This document shows positions 19,596 through 30,110 of a stretch of DNA of 64,000 nt, piece by piece. The notes beneath the pieces were generated by a model. The model did not search any database. It worked only from the letters and a program-made list of their open reading frames with translations, and was not told where the DNA came from. Positions within the stretch are counted from its first letter, which is position 1, and every line of letters starts with the position of its first letter. The stretch lies in NCBI GenBank assembly GCA_050253415.1, contig JBFWJC010000005.1, positions 32,001 through 96,000 of the forward strand. The letters run 5' to 3'. Position numbers and translations under genes: made by a program. The stretch is from Pedobacter sp. (lineage in GTDB: Bacteria > Desulfobacterota > Desulfuromonadia > Desulfuromonadales > Syntrophotaleaceae).

Positions 19596-22100
19596 ATGAT
19601 ATTTATACGCCAAAAATTGAAAAAAAAATGTTTGAGTAAGCGCCTTGTTATTTGTTTTTCAAGTTTTGTTATCGTCTCTATGGTTTTAATTACGGCAACT
19701 GTAACTGTTGTGGTAACTATTTTCACTTTGGCAGACTTGAAAGAAAATCGTCTACAAAATGTAGCATCGCATGGCATGGATTTATTGGAGCAGCAACTTT
19801 CCTCCCTGATCGAAAACGTTGTGGTGTTCAGTCATAATCATTTTGTCATAAATGGCCTCATCGATCCTTTGGGACGGGAGACTTATTTGCCTCCTCTGGT
19901 TCGAGACTTCAGTTCCCAACCAGGAGTAGCTCGCCTGACTATTGTCGATTTCACGGGGCAAACCATCATTTCAAGTTCAGACAAGCCGCCGAATTTTCAG
20001 ATTATGAAAGAGTTGTTACCTGTCCTGTCAGTCGGTAAGTCCGCTGTCTTAATTTGGGGGAATCCGAAACGGATCATGATCGCCGAGCCTGTGGAATACT
20101 ACAATACTCCGCAAGGAGCGGTGATTTTGGAACTTGACCTACCATTTTTGGCCGCAAAAGTATTATCCCCCAGTTCGGTTGAATTTGAGTCACTGTATTC
20201 TTCCGGGGAAATTATTTTTACCAAGAACTATTTAGATTCGGAATCCTATGTTAAATACAGGGGGGAGCCCACAAGGAGGCATCCGCTTCTTCGGCAATTA
20301 AATATTGAACTTGAGGTCGGTGCCCTCCTAAGCGTTTATCTGAAACCAGTTTTCAGAATTGCTTTTTTGATTGGTGGGATTTCACTGGTGTTCATTTGCG
20401 CAGCTATCTTTCTATCGCGTTACTTGGGGAAAAGCATCGCTCACCCCATTGAGGAATTGTATCGCAGGGTTGAGAGGTCCCAATATGAATCCGTGCGTTG
20501 CAGCCCTTTGGGGACCAATGACGAATTTGAAGCTTTGGCTCAGTCCTTTGATCGGAAGACCGATAGATTGTTAGCCGCGGAAGAAAACTACCGCTTTCTT
20601 TTCAAAAAGAATCCCCAACCCATGTGGGTATATGATTTAGATTCATTACGGTTTTTAGCCGTCAACGACAACGCTCTGACCCATTACGGATATTGCCGGG
20701 AAGAATTTTTGCAAATGACTTGTTTAGATCTTCTTTCTGCGAATGATGACCCGGCTGATGGTATCTTAGAACGCCTCACAGAGGACTCTGAACAACCAAA
20801 GATCTTTCATCATCGTAGGAAAAATGGATCAATTATTGTGATGGATATCGCTTCCCATATACTTCAATTTCATGGCCGGAACGCCGAGTTGGTGGTCGCT
20901 AAAGATGTTACCAAACAGTATTATGTCGAAAAAGCTTTGCGGAAGAGTGAAAAGAAATACAGACTTCTTTCCAGTCAATTTCAAACCATATTAAACGGTA
21001 TTTCCGAACCAATCAGCCTCATGAATTCAGATATGCAGATTGTCTGGGCAAACGAGTCGTATGGAATGTCTGTGGGATGTAAACCAAGACAATTGAGGGA
21101 TCAATTTTGTTACTTTCTTTGGCACGGGAATACTGAAGTCTGTCCAATCTGCCCTGTCAAGGTTTGTTTTGAAACCGGCCAAATTAATGAAGCCAAGGTG
21201 GATACTCCGGATGGCAAAACGTGGCTTCTCAAAGCTTTCCCTATGATAGATTTGCAAGGAAAGGTCGTTAACGTCATTGAAATGGCTAGCGAGATATCCG
21301 AGAAAATCAGACTTCAGCGCGAGTCAGAGCAGTCTGCCCGGTTATCTTCTTTAGGTGAATTGGTTGTTGGTTTGGCACATGAAATAAATAATCCATGCGC
21401 TATCCTTTCTTTTAATATAAGTGTTTTAAATGATTGGTTTGAAAAAAAGTGGCCGCATGTTAATAATTTTATAAAATATGGTGGGTCTGTTAACTTAGTA
21501 GAAAGTAACTGTGCCGACTTTCTAACGGAAATACCAGAGATGCTTGTAGATATGCGTGAAAGTACAGCCAAAATTATAAACATAATAAGGGAATTAAAAT
21601 CATTCGGAAGCATGGAGAAGATTGATGCATTCGAAATACATGACATGAATGAAATTATAAATGCGGCAGTACGACTTACAAATAATGTGTTGAACAAGTC
21701 TACTGATAATTTTGAAATTGTTCTTGCGCCTATGCTACCGAAAATCAAGGCGAGTTTTCAACAAATAGAACAAGTAGTCATTAACCTTATAATTAATGCC
21801 TGTCAGGCTCTCCCGGATAGAAATTGCAAAATTAGCATCACAACCTACTTCGACGAGTCTCTGGGAAAAAACGTACTCAAAATTATGGACGAAGGCAATG
21901 GAATGAGCCCGTCTATCCTCATGCGCATTCAGGATCCGTTTTTCACGACTAGGAGGGATGAGGGAGGTACGGGGTTGGGACTTTCAATTAGCAGGAGGAT
22001 TGTGGAAAATCACAATGGAGAAATTCACATTTTATCTGAACCGAAAAAGGGTACACAAGTCATGGTTTGTTTGCCGGTTAACTGCGAAGAGGGACACTGA
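19596..22100 (+). CDS. Membrane PAS-PAS sensor histidine kinase
   Basis: Two TMs, HAMP, two PAS domains, H-box AHEINNP, N-box NLIINA and G-boxes GTGLGL. Confidence 0.92.
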   Translation: MIFIRQKLKKKCLSKRLVICFSSFVIVSMVLITATVTVVVTIFTLADLKENRLQNVASHGMDLLEQQLSSLIENVVVFSHNHFVINGLIDPLGRETYLPPLVRDFSSQPGVARLTIVDFTGQTIISSSDKPPNFQIMKELLPVLSVGKSAVLIWGNPKRIMIAEPVEYYNTPQGAVILELDLPFLAAKVLSPSSVEFESLYSSGEIIFTKNYLDSESYVKYRGEPTRRHPLLRQLNIELEVGALLSVYLKPVFRIAFLIGGISLVFICAAIFLSRYLGKSIAHPIEELYRRVERSQYESVRCSPLGTNDEFEALAQSFDRKTDRLLAAEENYRFLFKKNPQPMWVYDLDSLRFLAVNDNALTHYGYCREEFLQMTCLDLLSANDDPADGILERLTEDSEQPKIFHHRRKNGSIIVMDIASHILQFHGRNAELVVAKDVTKQYYVEKALRKSEKKYRLLSSQFQTILNGISEPISLMNSDMQIVWANESYGMSVGCKPRQLRDQFCYFLWHGNTEVCPICPVKVCFETGQINEAKVDTPDGKTWLLKAFPMIDLQGKVVNVIEMASEISEKIRLQRESEQSARLSSLGELVVGLAHEINNPCAILSFNISVLNDWFEKKWPHVNNFIKYGGSVNLVESNCADFLTEIPEMLVDMRESTAKIINIIRELKSFGSMEKIDAFEIHDMNEIINAAVRLTNNVLNKSTDNFEIVLAPMLPKIKASFQQIEQVVINLIINACQALPDRNCKISITTYFDESLGKNVLKIMDEGNGMSPSILMRIQDPFFTTRRDEGGTGLGLSISRRIVENHNGEIHILSEPKKGTQVMVCLPVNCEEGH

Positions 22101-23524
22101 TGGACCAAGAACTATTTCCTGATTTTCCGTTGCTTTTAGTGGATGACGAGGAGTCTTGGCTTCGCAGTTGTTCGCGGGTGCTGAAAAACGCTGGAATCAA
22201 TAACATAGTCAAGTGCAATGACAGCCGCAATGTGATTAAGGCCTTGGCCAGCCAAAAAATCTGCTTGATTCTACTCGACCTGACCATGCCTAAAGTGTCA
22301 GGAGAAAAACTTTTGCCAGAAATTGTAGCAAACTATCCTGAGATTCCCGTCATTATTTTAACTGGGATCAATGAGCTTGAAACTGCCGTACGATGCATGC
22401 GTACCGGGGCGTTCGATTTTTTGGTCAAGACGGATGAAGCGAATAAATTGGTTCTTAGAGTTCGTCATGCACTCGAATTAATAACACTCAAACAGGAAAA
22501 TGCCCGAATAAGGAATTCTTTTCTGGAATCTTCGTTTAAGATTCCAACGGCCTGTGCGAATATAATAACTCGGGACCCAAAGATGTTTTCCATTTTTCGT
22601 TATTTGGAGGCAGTGGCTCGCAGTCCTGAACCCCTGTTGATAACCGGCGAGAGTGGCGTTGGAAAAGAGTTGATAGCGCAAGCCGTACATAAGCTAAGAG
22701 GAGAAAATAAGCCCTTGGTGGCATTGAATGTTGCAGGACTGGAAGACACTTTATTTGCGGATACACTTTTTGGCCATGTAAGAGGAGCCTTTTCTGGAGC
22801 TGAGCAAAAAAGAAACGGGATACTTGAGGAAACCGGCACAGGAACGTTGTTTCTAGATGAAATAGGCGATTTATCGCTTGCTTCACAGGTGAAACTTCTG
22901 CGGTTGTTACAAGAAAGAGAATATCTTCCTGTAGGTAGTGACCGCCCTAAAAAGTTTAAGGGGAGCATTATTTTAGGGACAAATGTAGATTTGACTCAGA
23001 AGCAAGAAACAGGATTGTTTAGAACAGATCTGTATTACAGGCTTTCTACCCATCATGTTCACATACCGCCACTTCGTGAACGCTTGGGTGATCTTCCCTT
23101 ATTAATTGACCATTTTATTGAAGAGGCTGCAAATGCATTAGGCAAAAGTAAACCTATTGCTCCGTCGAAGTTAAAAAACCTTCTGGCTGCTTATCACTTT
23201 CCCGGAAACCTTCGAGAGTTGCGAGGCCTCATTTACGAAGCAGTCCTTTTGCATCACGAAGGACCTCTTTCCACAAAGGTATTCGAAAAGGTTTTGCTAA
23301 ATGCTGGGCAGGTAAAGGGAGACGATGAGAACCTTGTTTCGATGTCCTCTTCTGAAGCGCCTAAATTAATTTTCACGGATCAATTACCCTCAATGGCGGA
23401 AGCAACCCAGCTTTTGATTATGGAAGCGTTGAATCGTTCTCAGGGAAATCAATCGATTGCAGCAACTTTGCTGGGAATTTCCCGTCAGGCATTAAATCGC
23501 AGGATTAATAAAGCCAAAGACTGA
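22100..23524 (+). CDS. sigma54-dependent NtrC-family response regulator
   Basis: REC, Walker A GESGVGKE, GAFSGA loop, FLDEIG and Fis-type HTH. Start overlaps the kinase stop. Confidence 0.93.
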   Translation: MDQELFPDFPLLLVDDEESWLRSCSRVLKNAGINNIVKCNDSRNVIKALASQKICLILLDLTMPKVSGEKLLPEIVANYPEIPVIILTGINELETAVRCMRTGAFDFLVKTDEANKLVLRVRHALELITLKQENARIRNSFLESSFKIPTACANIITRDPKMFSIFRYLEAVARSPEPLLITGESGVGKELIAQAVHKLRGENKPLVALNVAGLEDTLFADTLFGHVRGAFSGAEQKRNGILEETGTGTLFLDEIGDLSLASQVKLLRLLQEREYLPVGSDRPKKFKGSIILGTNVDLTQKQETGLFRTDLYYRLSTHHVHIPPLRERLGDLPLLIDHFIEEAANALGKSKPIAPSKLKNLLAAYHFPGNLRELRGLIYEAVLLHHEGPLSTKVFEKVLLNAGQVKGDDENLVSMSSSEAPKLIFTDQLPSMAEATQLLIMEALNRSQGNQSIAATLLGISRQALNRRINKAKD

Positions 23525-23633
23525 TTTATTTCTGATAGTTGTTAAGATTGTTTTTTTAAAATAGTTGTCTTAATACCCTCCTCCTACATCTTTTGGAACT
23601 GGTAATTCTTTCAGGACCGGTTTTCTACTCGCA

Positions 23634-23669
23634 AACGCCAGCAACAACTGTTGCTGGCGTTCTGTTTTT
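23634..23669 (+). terminator. Hairpin containing operator GCAACAACTGTTGC; terminator and/or UAS
   Basis: AACGCCAGCAACA-AC-TGTTGCTGGCGTT followed by CTGTTTTT, downstream of the NtrC-family gene. Confidence 0.6.
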
Positions 23670-23787
23670 CGTCTCTTTTCAGATTTCCTTATTTGATTCG
23701 TTAGTAATTGTATAGAACGGTTAAAATTTCAATGAGTTGCGATGTGGCGAGAGGCATCAGATTTTCGCGTTATCATATTTCCCTAAA

Positions 23788-23813
23788 ATGCCAGCAACAA
23801 TTGTTGCTGGCAT
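23788..23813. promoter_or_regulatory. Perfect 26-bp palindrome with GCAACAATTGTTGC core
   Basis: ATGCCAGCAACAATTGTTGCTGGCAT; the core lies 78 bp from a sigma54 -24 GG. Confidence 0.7.
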
Positions 23814-23883
23814 CCTTGTCTTGATATTATCCATTTTTCATAAATCACTGTAATAACGGCCACTTAGGGAGGGTTTTACTAAG

Positions 23884-23900
23884 TTGGCAGGGCCTTTGCT
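23884..23900 (+). promoter_or_regulatory. sigma54 promoter
   Basis: TTGGCAGGGCCTTTGCT = GG-N10-GC. Confidence 0.7.
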
Positions 23901-24291
23901 CTAACTGATGTGGTGCGTTAGCTAATATTTTGATTGCTATTATTAAGAACACTTTTTTCCAAGAGTTGCTCCAGGTCAGGATGATTGATTCCCTATTGAT
24001 AATACCTTTTGGCGGTAGATTACTTTGATTTGACAGTATCCTGCCGGATGGATTGTGTGCAAGTGCAAATAAACTTAGGTAACATTTGAAAAACTTTACC
24101 ACTATAACCACAGAACAGCAATAATTGTCGATGTTCAAGCAATGGCAATTTATTTTTTTCATAATCTTAATGCAGTTTAGTTATAAGGGTTTATTTCAAA
24201 ATATTTGTAAGAGTTTGACAAAAAAAGTCCATTAACTGGATTGTTGTCTTGTTCTTTTGATAAATAGTCTGTTTTCAAGAGAAACGGAGAA

Positions 24292-24978
24292 ATGATGAAC
24301 ATTCTAATACTTAACGATTGTGTTTCACCGGATACCGATACCTTTTCATTGCTCAGGGGAATCTGTCATGGAATTCAAAAGTCGCATGAAATAGAGTGGG
24401 TGAATATTCATGATCTTAATATGAAGAACTGCAGGAAATGCTTCAAATGCCAGCCCTGTGGTGAGTGTGTTCTTCCCGAGGACGATGCTCACGAAATTGG
24501 GCGTAAAATTTTCAAAACCGATGCTCTGGTTATAGGTCTTGAGTTTCCAATTCAAAATATTAGCTTGCAATTAAAGAATCTTTTTGATCGTTGTGCTTCT
24601 AACATCGCTGTTCAAAAAATGGATGGGAATATAACCCCATGGCGCAAGGATCGCCCTGTTGCGATCGCGTCATTGAAAACTCGGTCGTTGGTTGCACGAA
24701 TCTTCAATAGAATGGTTGGTAATGATCACTGTTATCTAATGCGAACTCTTAAAGACGGTGGTTTTAAATTAATATGCAACTTTGGAGTGCGACCGAATAA
24801 AAAAATTATTCACAGGGAATTACTGTTTGAGAAAGCAATATTCCTTGGTTCTCGCTTATTTCATAATGATATTTGCAGTTTAAACTTCCTCGTATACATG
24901 CATTCCTTTTATTCCCTCTATCAGAACCTCATTAGAAAAACAATGGCAAGTCTCAAAACACACGTTTTGGAAAAATAG
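24292..24978 (+). CDS. Iron-sulfur flavoprotein / NADPH-dependent FMN reductase-like protein (divergent)
   Basis: CRKCFKC...C..EDD cysteine motif and QLKNLFDR. The FMN-binding GSPR and GSP.Y motifs are degenerate. Confidence 0.65.
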   Translation: MMNILILNDCVSPDTDTFSLLRGICHGIQKSHEIEWVNIHDLNMKNCRKCFKCQPCGECVLPEDDAHEIGRKIFKTDALVIGLEFPIQNISLQLKNLFDRCASNIAVQKMDGNITPWRKDRPVAIASLKTRSLVARIFNRMVGNDHCYLMRTLKDGGFKLICNFGVRPNKKIIHRELLFEKAIFLGSRLFHNDICSLNFLVYMHSFYSLYQNLIRKTMASLKTHVLEK

Positions 24979-25165
24979 AATTAATTCTCTGCTGGTGAAT
25001 AGAAAATATTGAGAAGGGGAGGCTAACCCAAGGGGTAGGAGCGCCTATCTATGTATTTTGAAATAGGTGGTTTGGCTCCTAACACAATGGCAAGAACTAA
25101 CCCATGAATTCGCAGTGAGGCTGGAAATAATTCCATGGTTAATGTTGTTTATGGCTAATGTTTAG

Positions 25166-27376
25166 ATGGGAAAAAGTAATGTCAGAAACAGTCTCCAGGA
25201 CCTATGGGGATTGCTCGAAAAGCGAAGGAGCCTTAAATCCTTGATTGAAAATACAGATCGCGGTTTTGTTTGGATTGATAATGATTTTCGGGTAGTTAGG
25301 CATAACAAGTTTATGGCTAGGTATGGAGGAAAATCTTCTGCCGATTTTATAGGTCATCATTGTTATGAGATATTTCGGAATAGGGTCGAGATTTGTCCGG
25401 GGTGTCCAGGGAAGCTAGCTATGGATACACTGGAGCCAGTTTTTCAAGAACTCAAAAAAAAATTGCCAGTCGATGGAAAACCTCAAATAAGATCAATTGC
25501 TTTTCCAAATTTCGATAAGAATGGCTCCGTCATGGGTTTTCTTTTGGTTCAGGGGCATAGTTGTCCTGAGAACGATACTGATAGGGATACCTTTACCGAA
25601 AGCAACCAGCGTTTAAGACATTTAGCTGATTCGACGGGCTGTATGGCTTGGCTTTCAAATCTGGAAAACGAAATCATTTATTTCAATAATGCTTGGCTGA
25701 AGTATACCGGGCGCACTTTGGCACAGGAACTTGGTAATGGTTGGACTGAGAGCGTTCACCCCGATGATCTGCCTCATTGCCTAGCGACGGGTGAAGCAGC
25801 TCTCGTAAAAAGAGATGAATTCCGCATTGAATACCGTTTGCGCAGATCTGACGGCAGCTACGGTCGGCTCCTGTCAATCGCCTCCCCCCGGTTTAGCCCG
25901 GAGGGGTTCTTTGCTGGGTATCTCGGGATCTGTGTCGATATCAGCGAGTACGGTGATCTTGCAGATCAACTCAAAACCTTCAAAGCAGGGTTGGAAAGAG
26001 AAGTTTCAGTATGCACCGCTTCTCTCAAGGATGTCCAATTTGCCTTAAAAAATGAAATTGCCGAACGAAGGCAGATCGAAGAGAAACTTCTTAACCAACA
26101 GGAAGTCCATTTCGAGAAACAAAAAGAGCTTAACCATTTATTTCATTTAGTGGAATTTGCTAAACGGGAATGGGAATCAACTATGGACTGCGTTAAGGAA
26201 GTGGTCGTCCTGGTTGATAATGTTGGAAGGATACGGCGGTGTAATAAGGCCTTGGTTAATTTGACCGGCAAAGGATATGCCGATCTCATCGGCACCGAGA
26301 TACACGAAGTTTTTGGGAAAGGAAATTTTCCGGTTAATGTCCTCTCCTGGCAAGCAGACACTTGCTATGAAATTGACGGAAGGTGGTTTCTAGTAAACAG
26401 CTATCTACTGGACGAAGGTCGCATAGAAAGCGGATCTGTCATCACTCTCTACGATTACACCAGTTTGAAGCAGTTGACTTGCAAACTCGAAGAGTCTAAC
26501 CGTAATCTGGAAAATAAAAGTCTCCGCCTGGAGGAAGCCTACGAGGAGTTAAAGACCACTCAAGTCAAGATATTCAATCAGGAGAAAATGGCTACTATTG
26601 GGCAATTGGCGGCTGGAGTGGCCCACGAGATTAACAATCCGATAGGTTTTATATCGAGCAATCTCCGAACACTCAATAAGTATCTGGAAAAATTGACAGA
26701 GTTTATTGATGTTCAGAGTAATGCATTGCAGGCTGCCGGAAATCCGGAATTCCTTGAAGAAGTGACTAAAGCTCGTAAGGAGCTGAAGCCCGATTTCATC
26801 GTCGATGATATTGTGGATCTGATCGAGGAATCACTTGATGGAGCTGAAAGAGTCAGGAAAATCGTTCAGGATCTGAAGACCTTTTCTCGGGTGGACGGGT
26901 TGGAATGGAAAATGGCCGACCTTGTTGAAGGCCTTGAAAGCACCATCAATATGGTATGGAGCGAGATTAAGTATAAAGCCAATCTCATCCGGGATTTTTC
27001 CGAACTGCCCCTTGTCAGGTGCTATCCTCACCAGTTGAACCAGGTTTTTATGAACCTTCTCATAAATGCTGCTCAGGCCATTGATCATGAGGGGCATATT
27101 ACCGTAAAAGCTTGGCAGTACGGAGAAGAGGTCCTGTTCTCTTTTGCCGATGATGGCTGTGGCATCCCGGCAGAAAATTTATCTAAGATTTTTGAGCCGT
27201 TTTTCACTACCAAAGAAATCGGAATAGGAACAGGTCTCGGCTTGAGCCTCTCTTATGAAATCGTAAAAAAACATAAAGGGGAAATCTTTGTTGAGAGTGA
27301 GCAAGGAAAAGGAACCACATTTACCGTACGACTGCCCATTGATGTGAGGATGATGACCGAGGCAATAAGTGAATGA
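25166..27376 (+). CDS. Cytoplasmic multi-PAS histidine kinase
   Basis: Three PAS domains, [14 protein letters not shown] and HATPase boxes. Confidence 0.92.
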   Translation: MGKSNVRNSLQDLWGLLEKRRSLKSLIENTDRGFVWIDNDFRVVRHNKFMARYGGKSSADFIGHHCYEIFRNRVEICPGCPGKLAMDTLEPVFQELKKKLPVDGKPQIRSIAFPNFDKNGSVMGFLLVQGHSCPENDTDRDTFTESNQRLRHLADSTGCMAWLSNLENEIIYFNNAWLKYTGRTLAQELGNGWTESVHPDDLPHCLATGEAALVKRDEFRIEYRLRRSDGSYGRLLSIASPRFSPEGFFAGYLGICVDISEYGDLADQLKTFKAGLEREVSVCTASLKDVQFALKNEIAERRQIEEKLLNQQEVHFEKQKELNHLFHLVEFAKREWESTMDCVKEVVVLVDNVGRIRRCNKALVNLTGKGYADLIGTEIHEVFGKGNFPVNVLSWQADTCYEIDGRWFLVNSYLLDEGRIESGSVITLYDYTSLKQLTCKLEESNRNLENKSLRLEEAYEELKTTQVKIFNQEKMATIGQLAAGVAHEINNPIGFISSNLRTLNKYLEKLTEFIDVQSNALQAAGNPEFLEEVTKARKELKPDFIVDDIVDLIEESLDGAERVRKIVQDLKTFSRVDGLEWKMADLVEGLESTINMVWSEIKYKANLIRDFSELPLVRCYPHQLNQVFMNLLINAAQAIDHEGHITVKAWQYGEEVLFSFADDGCGIPAENLSKIFEPFFTTKEIGIGTGLGLSLSYEIVKKHKGEIFVESEQGKGTTFTVRLPIDVRMMTEAISE

Positions 27377-27461
27377 CGGATGCTTTGAAAGGCCGCCAAG
27401 GATAAGGTCCAAGCCGTTCGCAATCTGATGCAGGTCCTGTGATTAAGCTTAGTTTTTTCTT

Positions 27462-28304
27462 ATGGTGGAGCGGAGGGTGATGGAGGAACAGGTAAAAATC
27501 CTATGCGTTGATGATGAAAAGAATGTGTTGCGCGCTCTTCAACGGCTCTTTCTGGATGACGACTATGAAATCTATACGGCTCTTTCGGCAAAAGAAGGAC
27601 TGGAAATACTTAATGCCGTCGATGCTGTACAAGTCGTTATTTCCGATTACCGGATGCCGGGCATGAACGGTATCGAATTTTTACGAGAAGTTTATAAAAA
27701 TTGGCCTGATACGGTTAGGCTCGTTCTATCGGGTTTTGCGGATACGGCAGCCGTGGTTGGGGCTATAAATGACGGGCAGATTTATAAATTCATTCCGAAG
27801 CCATGGAATGACGATGACCTGAGGTTTACGATCCAAAAAGGGATAGAACGTTATTTTTTAAAAATAAAAAATTCTCAACTTATGGACGAACTGAAAGCCT
27901 CAAACGAAAAACTGCGGAAAATAAATGAGAATCTAGAGGCCGCCGCGCAATACTTCATTAAGGATACATTTCAGAACCAGGCTAAAAATATTTACAACCA
28001 TATAATCAGCTCATTGCCTTTTGGGATCGTAGGCATCGATTCTGAAGGGTGTATCATATTTTGTAACAATACAGCTCTGGATTTTTTGGGAGAAACAAAG
28101 AGGGAAATTTGGGGCTGGTCTTCGGCTTGTAAATTTCCGGAGGTGCTTTGTCCATTCCTGCAAAAGTTTATGAATCAGGGCGTTCTATCAGAAAATTGCA
28201 AAATTGGTGAACGAAACGGGTGGATCAGAGGTAGCAAAATTTGTCTGGGAAACCAGGAATTTGTTGTGCTGGCCTTTGACCTGGAAGATCAGGATCATGT
28301 CTGA
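27462..28304 (+). CDS. Response regulator (REC, coiled coil, PAS-like)
   Basis: VDDE, ISDYRMP and KPW. Start may be ATG 27480. Confidence 0.85.
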   Translation: MVERRVMEEQVKILCVDDEKNVLRALQRLFLDDDYEIYTALSAKEGLEILNAVDAVQVVISDYRMPGMNGIEFLREVYKNWPDTVRLVLSGFADTAAVVGAINDGQIYKFIPKPWNDDDLRFTIQKGIERYFLKIKNSQLMDELKASNEKLRKINENLEAAAQYFIKDTFQNQAKNIYNHIISSLPFGIVGIDSEGCIIFCNNTALDFLGETKREIWGWSSACKFPEVLCPFLQKFMNQGVLSENCKIGERNGWIRGSKICLGNQEFVVLAFDLEDQDHV

Positions 28305-29256
28305 AACGGTTCTTTTCGTTGATGATGAGGCGAATGTCCTTCGTTCCCTGGAACGACTTTTTTTAGAAAAGGACATGATCTTACGTAGCGCTTCGAACGC
28401 AAGGGCCGCTATGTCCATTATGCAGGAAGAGGATGTGGCAGTTATCATTTCCGACCATATGATGCCTGGCATGTCAGGACTTGATCTGCTTTGCCGAACC
28501 CGGGATATATCTCCCTTCACCGTCAAGGTGCTGATGACGGCCTATGCGGATCTTGGCACCGCTGTTGCGGCAATCAACAGGAGTGAAGTTTTCCGCTTTG
28601 TGCTGAAACCTTGGGACAACAGCGATTTGGAATGGATTGTTGAGGAAAGTCTAGCCCGTTATCGCACAATCCAAGCTCTTTCCCGAGGTGCGGAATCAAC
28701 CTTACTCTCCCTTGCGCGAATGGTTGAGCTCAAGGACCCTTATACTCATGGACACTGTGAAAGAGTCGGCCAATATGCCGTGTCCATGGGGCGTAGACTC
28801 GGGCTTGGGAAATCCGCGCTCAAAGAGATCCAGCACGGAGCCTGGTTGCATGATTGTGGAAAGATCGGAGTGCCGGAGAAAATCCTTAATTTTAACGGTC
28901 CCTTGGATGAGAGCCAGTATGCCATCGTCAAAAGCCATCCCGGGTGGGGGGCGGACGTGGTTCGGCAGGCTGGGCTTCCAAGGAGAGTGATTAATATCGT
29001 CCTGCATCATCATGAACGTTTCGACGGTAAGGGATATCCCCTACACCTCAAAGGACGAGACGTGCCTCTGGAAGCCAGGATTGTTAGTGTTGCTGATGTC
29101 TATGATTGTTTGACGACAGATCGCCCCTATCGAGGAGCTACCTCCAGACGCCAAGCTTTACAAGTCCTATGTAATCTAAAGGGGAATGCATTGGATCCAG
29201 AAATGGTCGACTTGTTTGTGGATTTATTCAGGGAACAAAAGGAATACCCCTTTTAA
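28297..29256 (+). CDS. REC plus HD-GYP cyclic-dinucleotide phosphodiesterase
   Basis: Start ATG 28297 (MSETV). HDCGK, HHERFDGKGYP, DVYD and RPYR motifs. Confidence 0.9.
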   Translation: MSETVLFVDDEANVLRSLERLFLEKDMILRSASNARAAMSIMQEEDVAVIISDHMMPGMSGLDLLCRTRDISPFTVKVLMTAYADLGTAVAAINRSEVFRFVLKPWDNSDLEWIVEESLARYRTIQALSRGAESTLLSLARMVELKDPYTHGHCERVGQYAVSMGRRLGLGKSALKEIQHGAWLHDCGKIGVPEKILNFNGPLDESQYAIVKSHPGWGADVVRQAGLPRRVINIVLHHHERFDGKGYPLHLKGRDVPLEARIVSVADVYDCLTTDRPYRGATSRRQALQVLCNLKGNALDPEMVDLFVDLFREQKEYPF

Positions 29257-29299
29257 ATTGCATGATCCGTTTAAAAAACTTTTTAGGAAGGTTGGGTCT

Positions 29300-29962
29300 T
29301 TGATCGAGTACGACGAAATGGAAAAACGGATGGTGCTCAAGTTGGTTTATTACGGACCAGCTATGTCCGGGAAGACTACCAATTTGCTACAGCTTCACGA
29401 CCTCCTTCAGCAGGAAGGCCGCGGCGATCTCATGGTTTTGGATACGAAGGATGATCGGACAATTTTTTTTGATCTCCTGCCGTTTTTTTTGGTGGCTCCC
29501 AGCGGTTTGAAGATCAAGGTAAAGGTTTACACGGTGCCCGGTCAGGTAAAACATGATGCCACCCGAAAGGCTGTCCTTCAGAGGGCCGACGGAGTGGCGT
29601 TTATAGCTGACTCTCAACTATCGGAAATATCAAATAATTACAATAGTTTCCAAAACCTTGAAAAAAACTTGGGCTTTGTCGGCCTGGATATTGAAAAAAT
29701 ACCCTTGGTGGTGCAGTTCAATAAACGGGATTTGAGCCAGACTGTTCCTGAGGAAGAGATCCGTCGAGTTTGGACCCCCTCAAGTATCCCCGTTTTCATG
29801 GGGGCCGCTCTGCACGGTACCGGTGTTCTGGAGACCTTTATCCATTTGGCGGATCGTGCCTACACTTATGTCGACTCCAGATTTGGACTTTCCAAAAACC
29901 ATGGTCTTGATAAATACATGTTTCTTTCGCAACTTGTGCGTAGGAGTCCAGAGTCTTCTTAA
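29300..29962 (+). CDS. mglA: MglA-family small GTPase
   Basis: KLVYYGPAMSGKTTNL, DRTIFFD, TVPGQ and QFNKRD. Likely TTG start at 29300. Confidence 0.88.
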   Translation: MIEYDEMEKRMVLKLVYYGPAMSGKTTNLLQLHDLLQQEGRGDLMVLDTKDDRTIFFDLLPFFLVAPSGLKIKVKVYTVPGQVKHDATRKAVLQRADGVAFIADSQLSEISNNYNSFQNLEKNLGFVGLDIEKIPLVVQFNKRDLSQTVPEEEIRRVWTPSSIPVFMGAALHGTGVLETFIHLADRAYTYVDSRFGLSKNHGLDKYMFLSQLVRRSPESS

Positions 29963-30110
29963 AGAGAAAAGATCTCTGCTGTATCTGAGAATAGCAAATC
30001 AAACTGAGGATAATCGCTCTTTAATTCGACAAGTCTCGACTTGGTGTGCAAATGAAGATTCTGCTCAAATGTTTCAAGAATACCAGACTGCGTAACAACT
30101 TGGAGTATAT

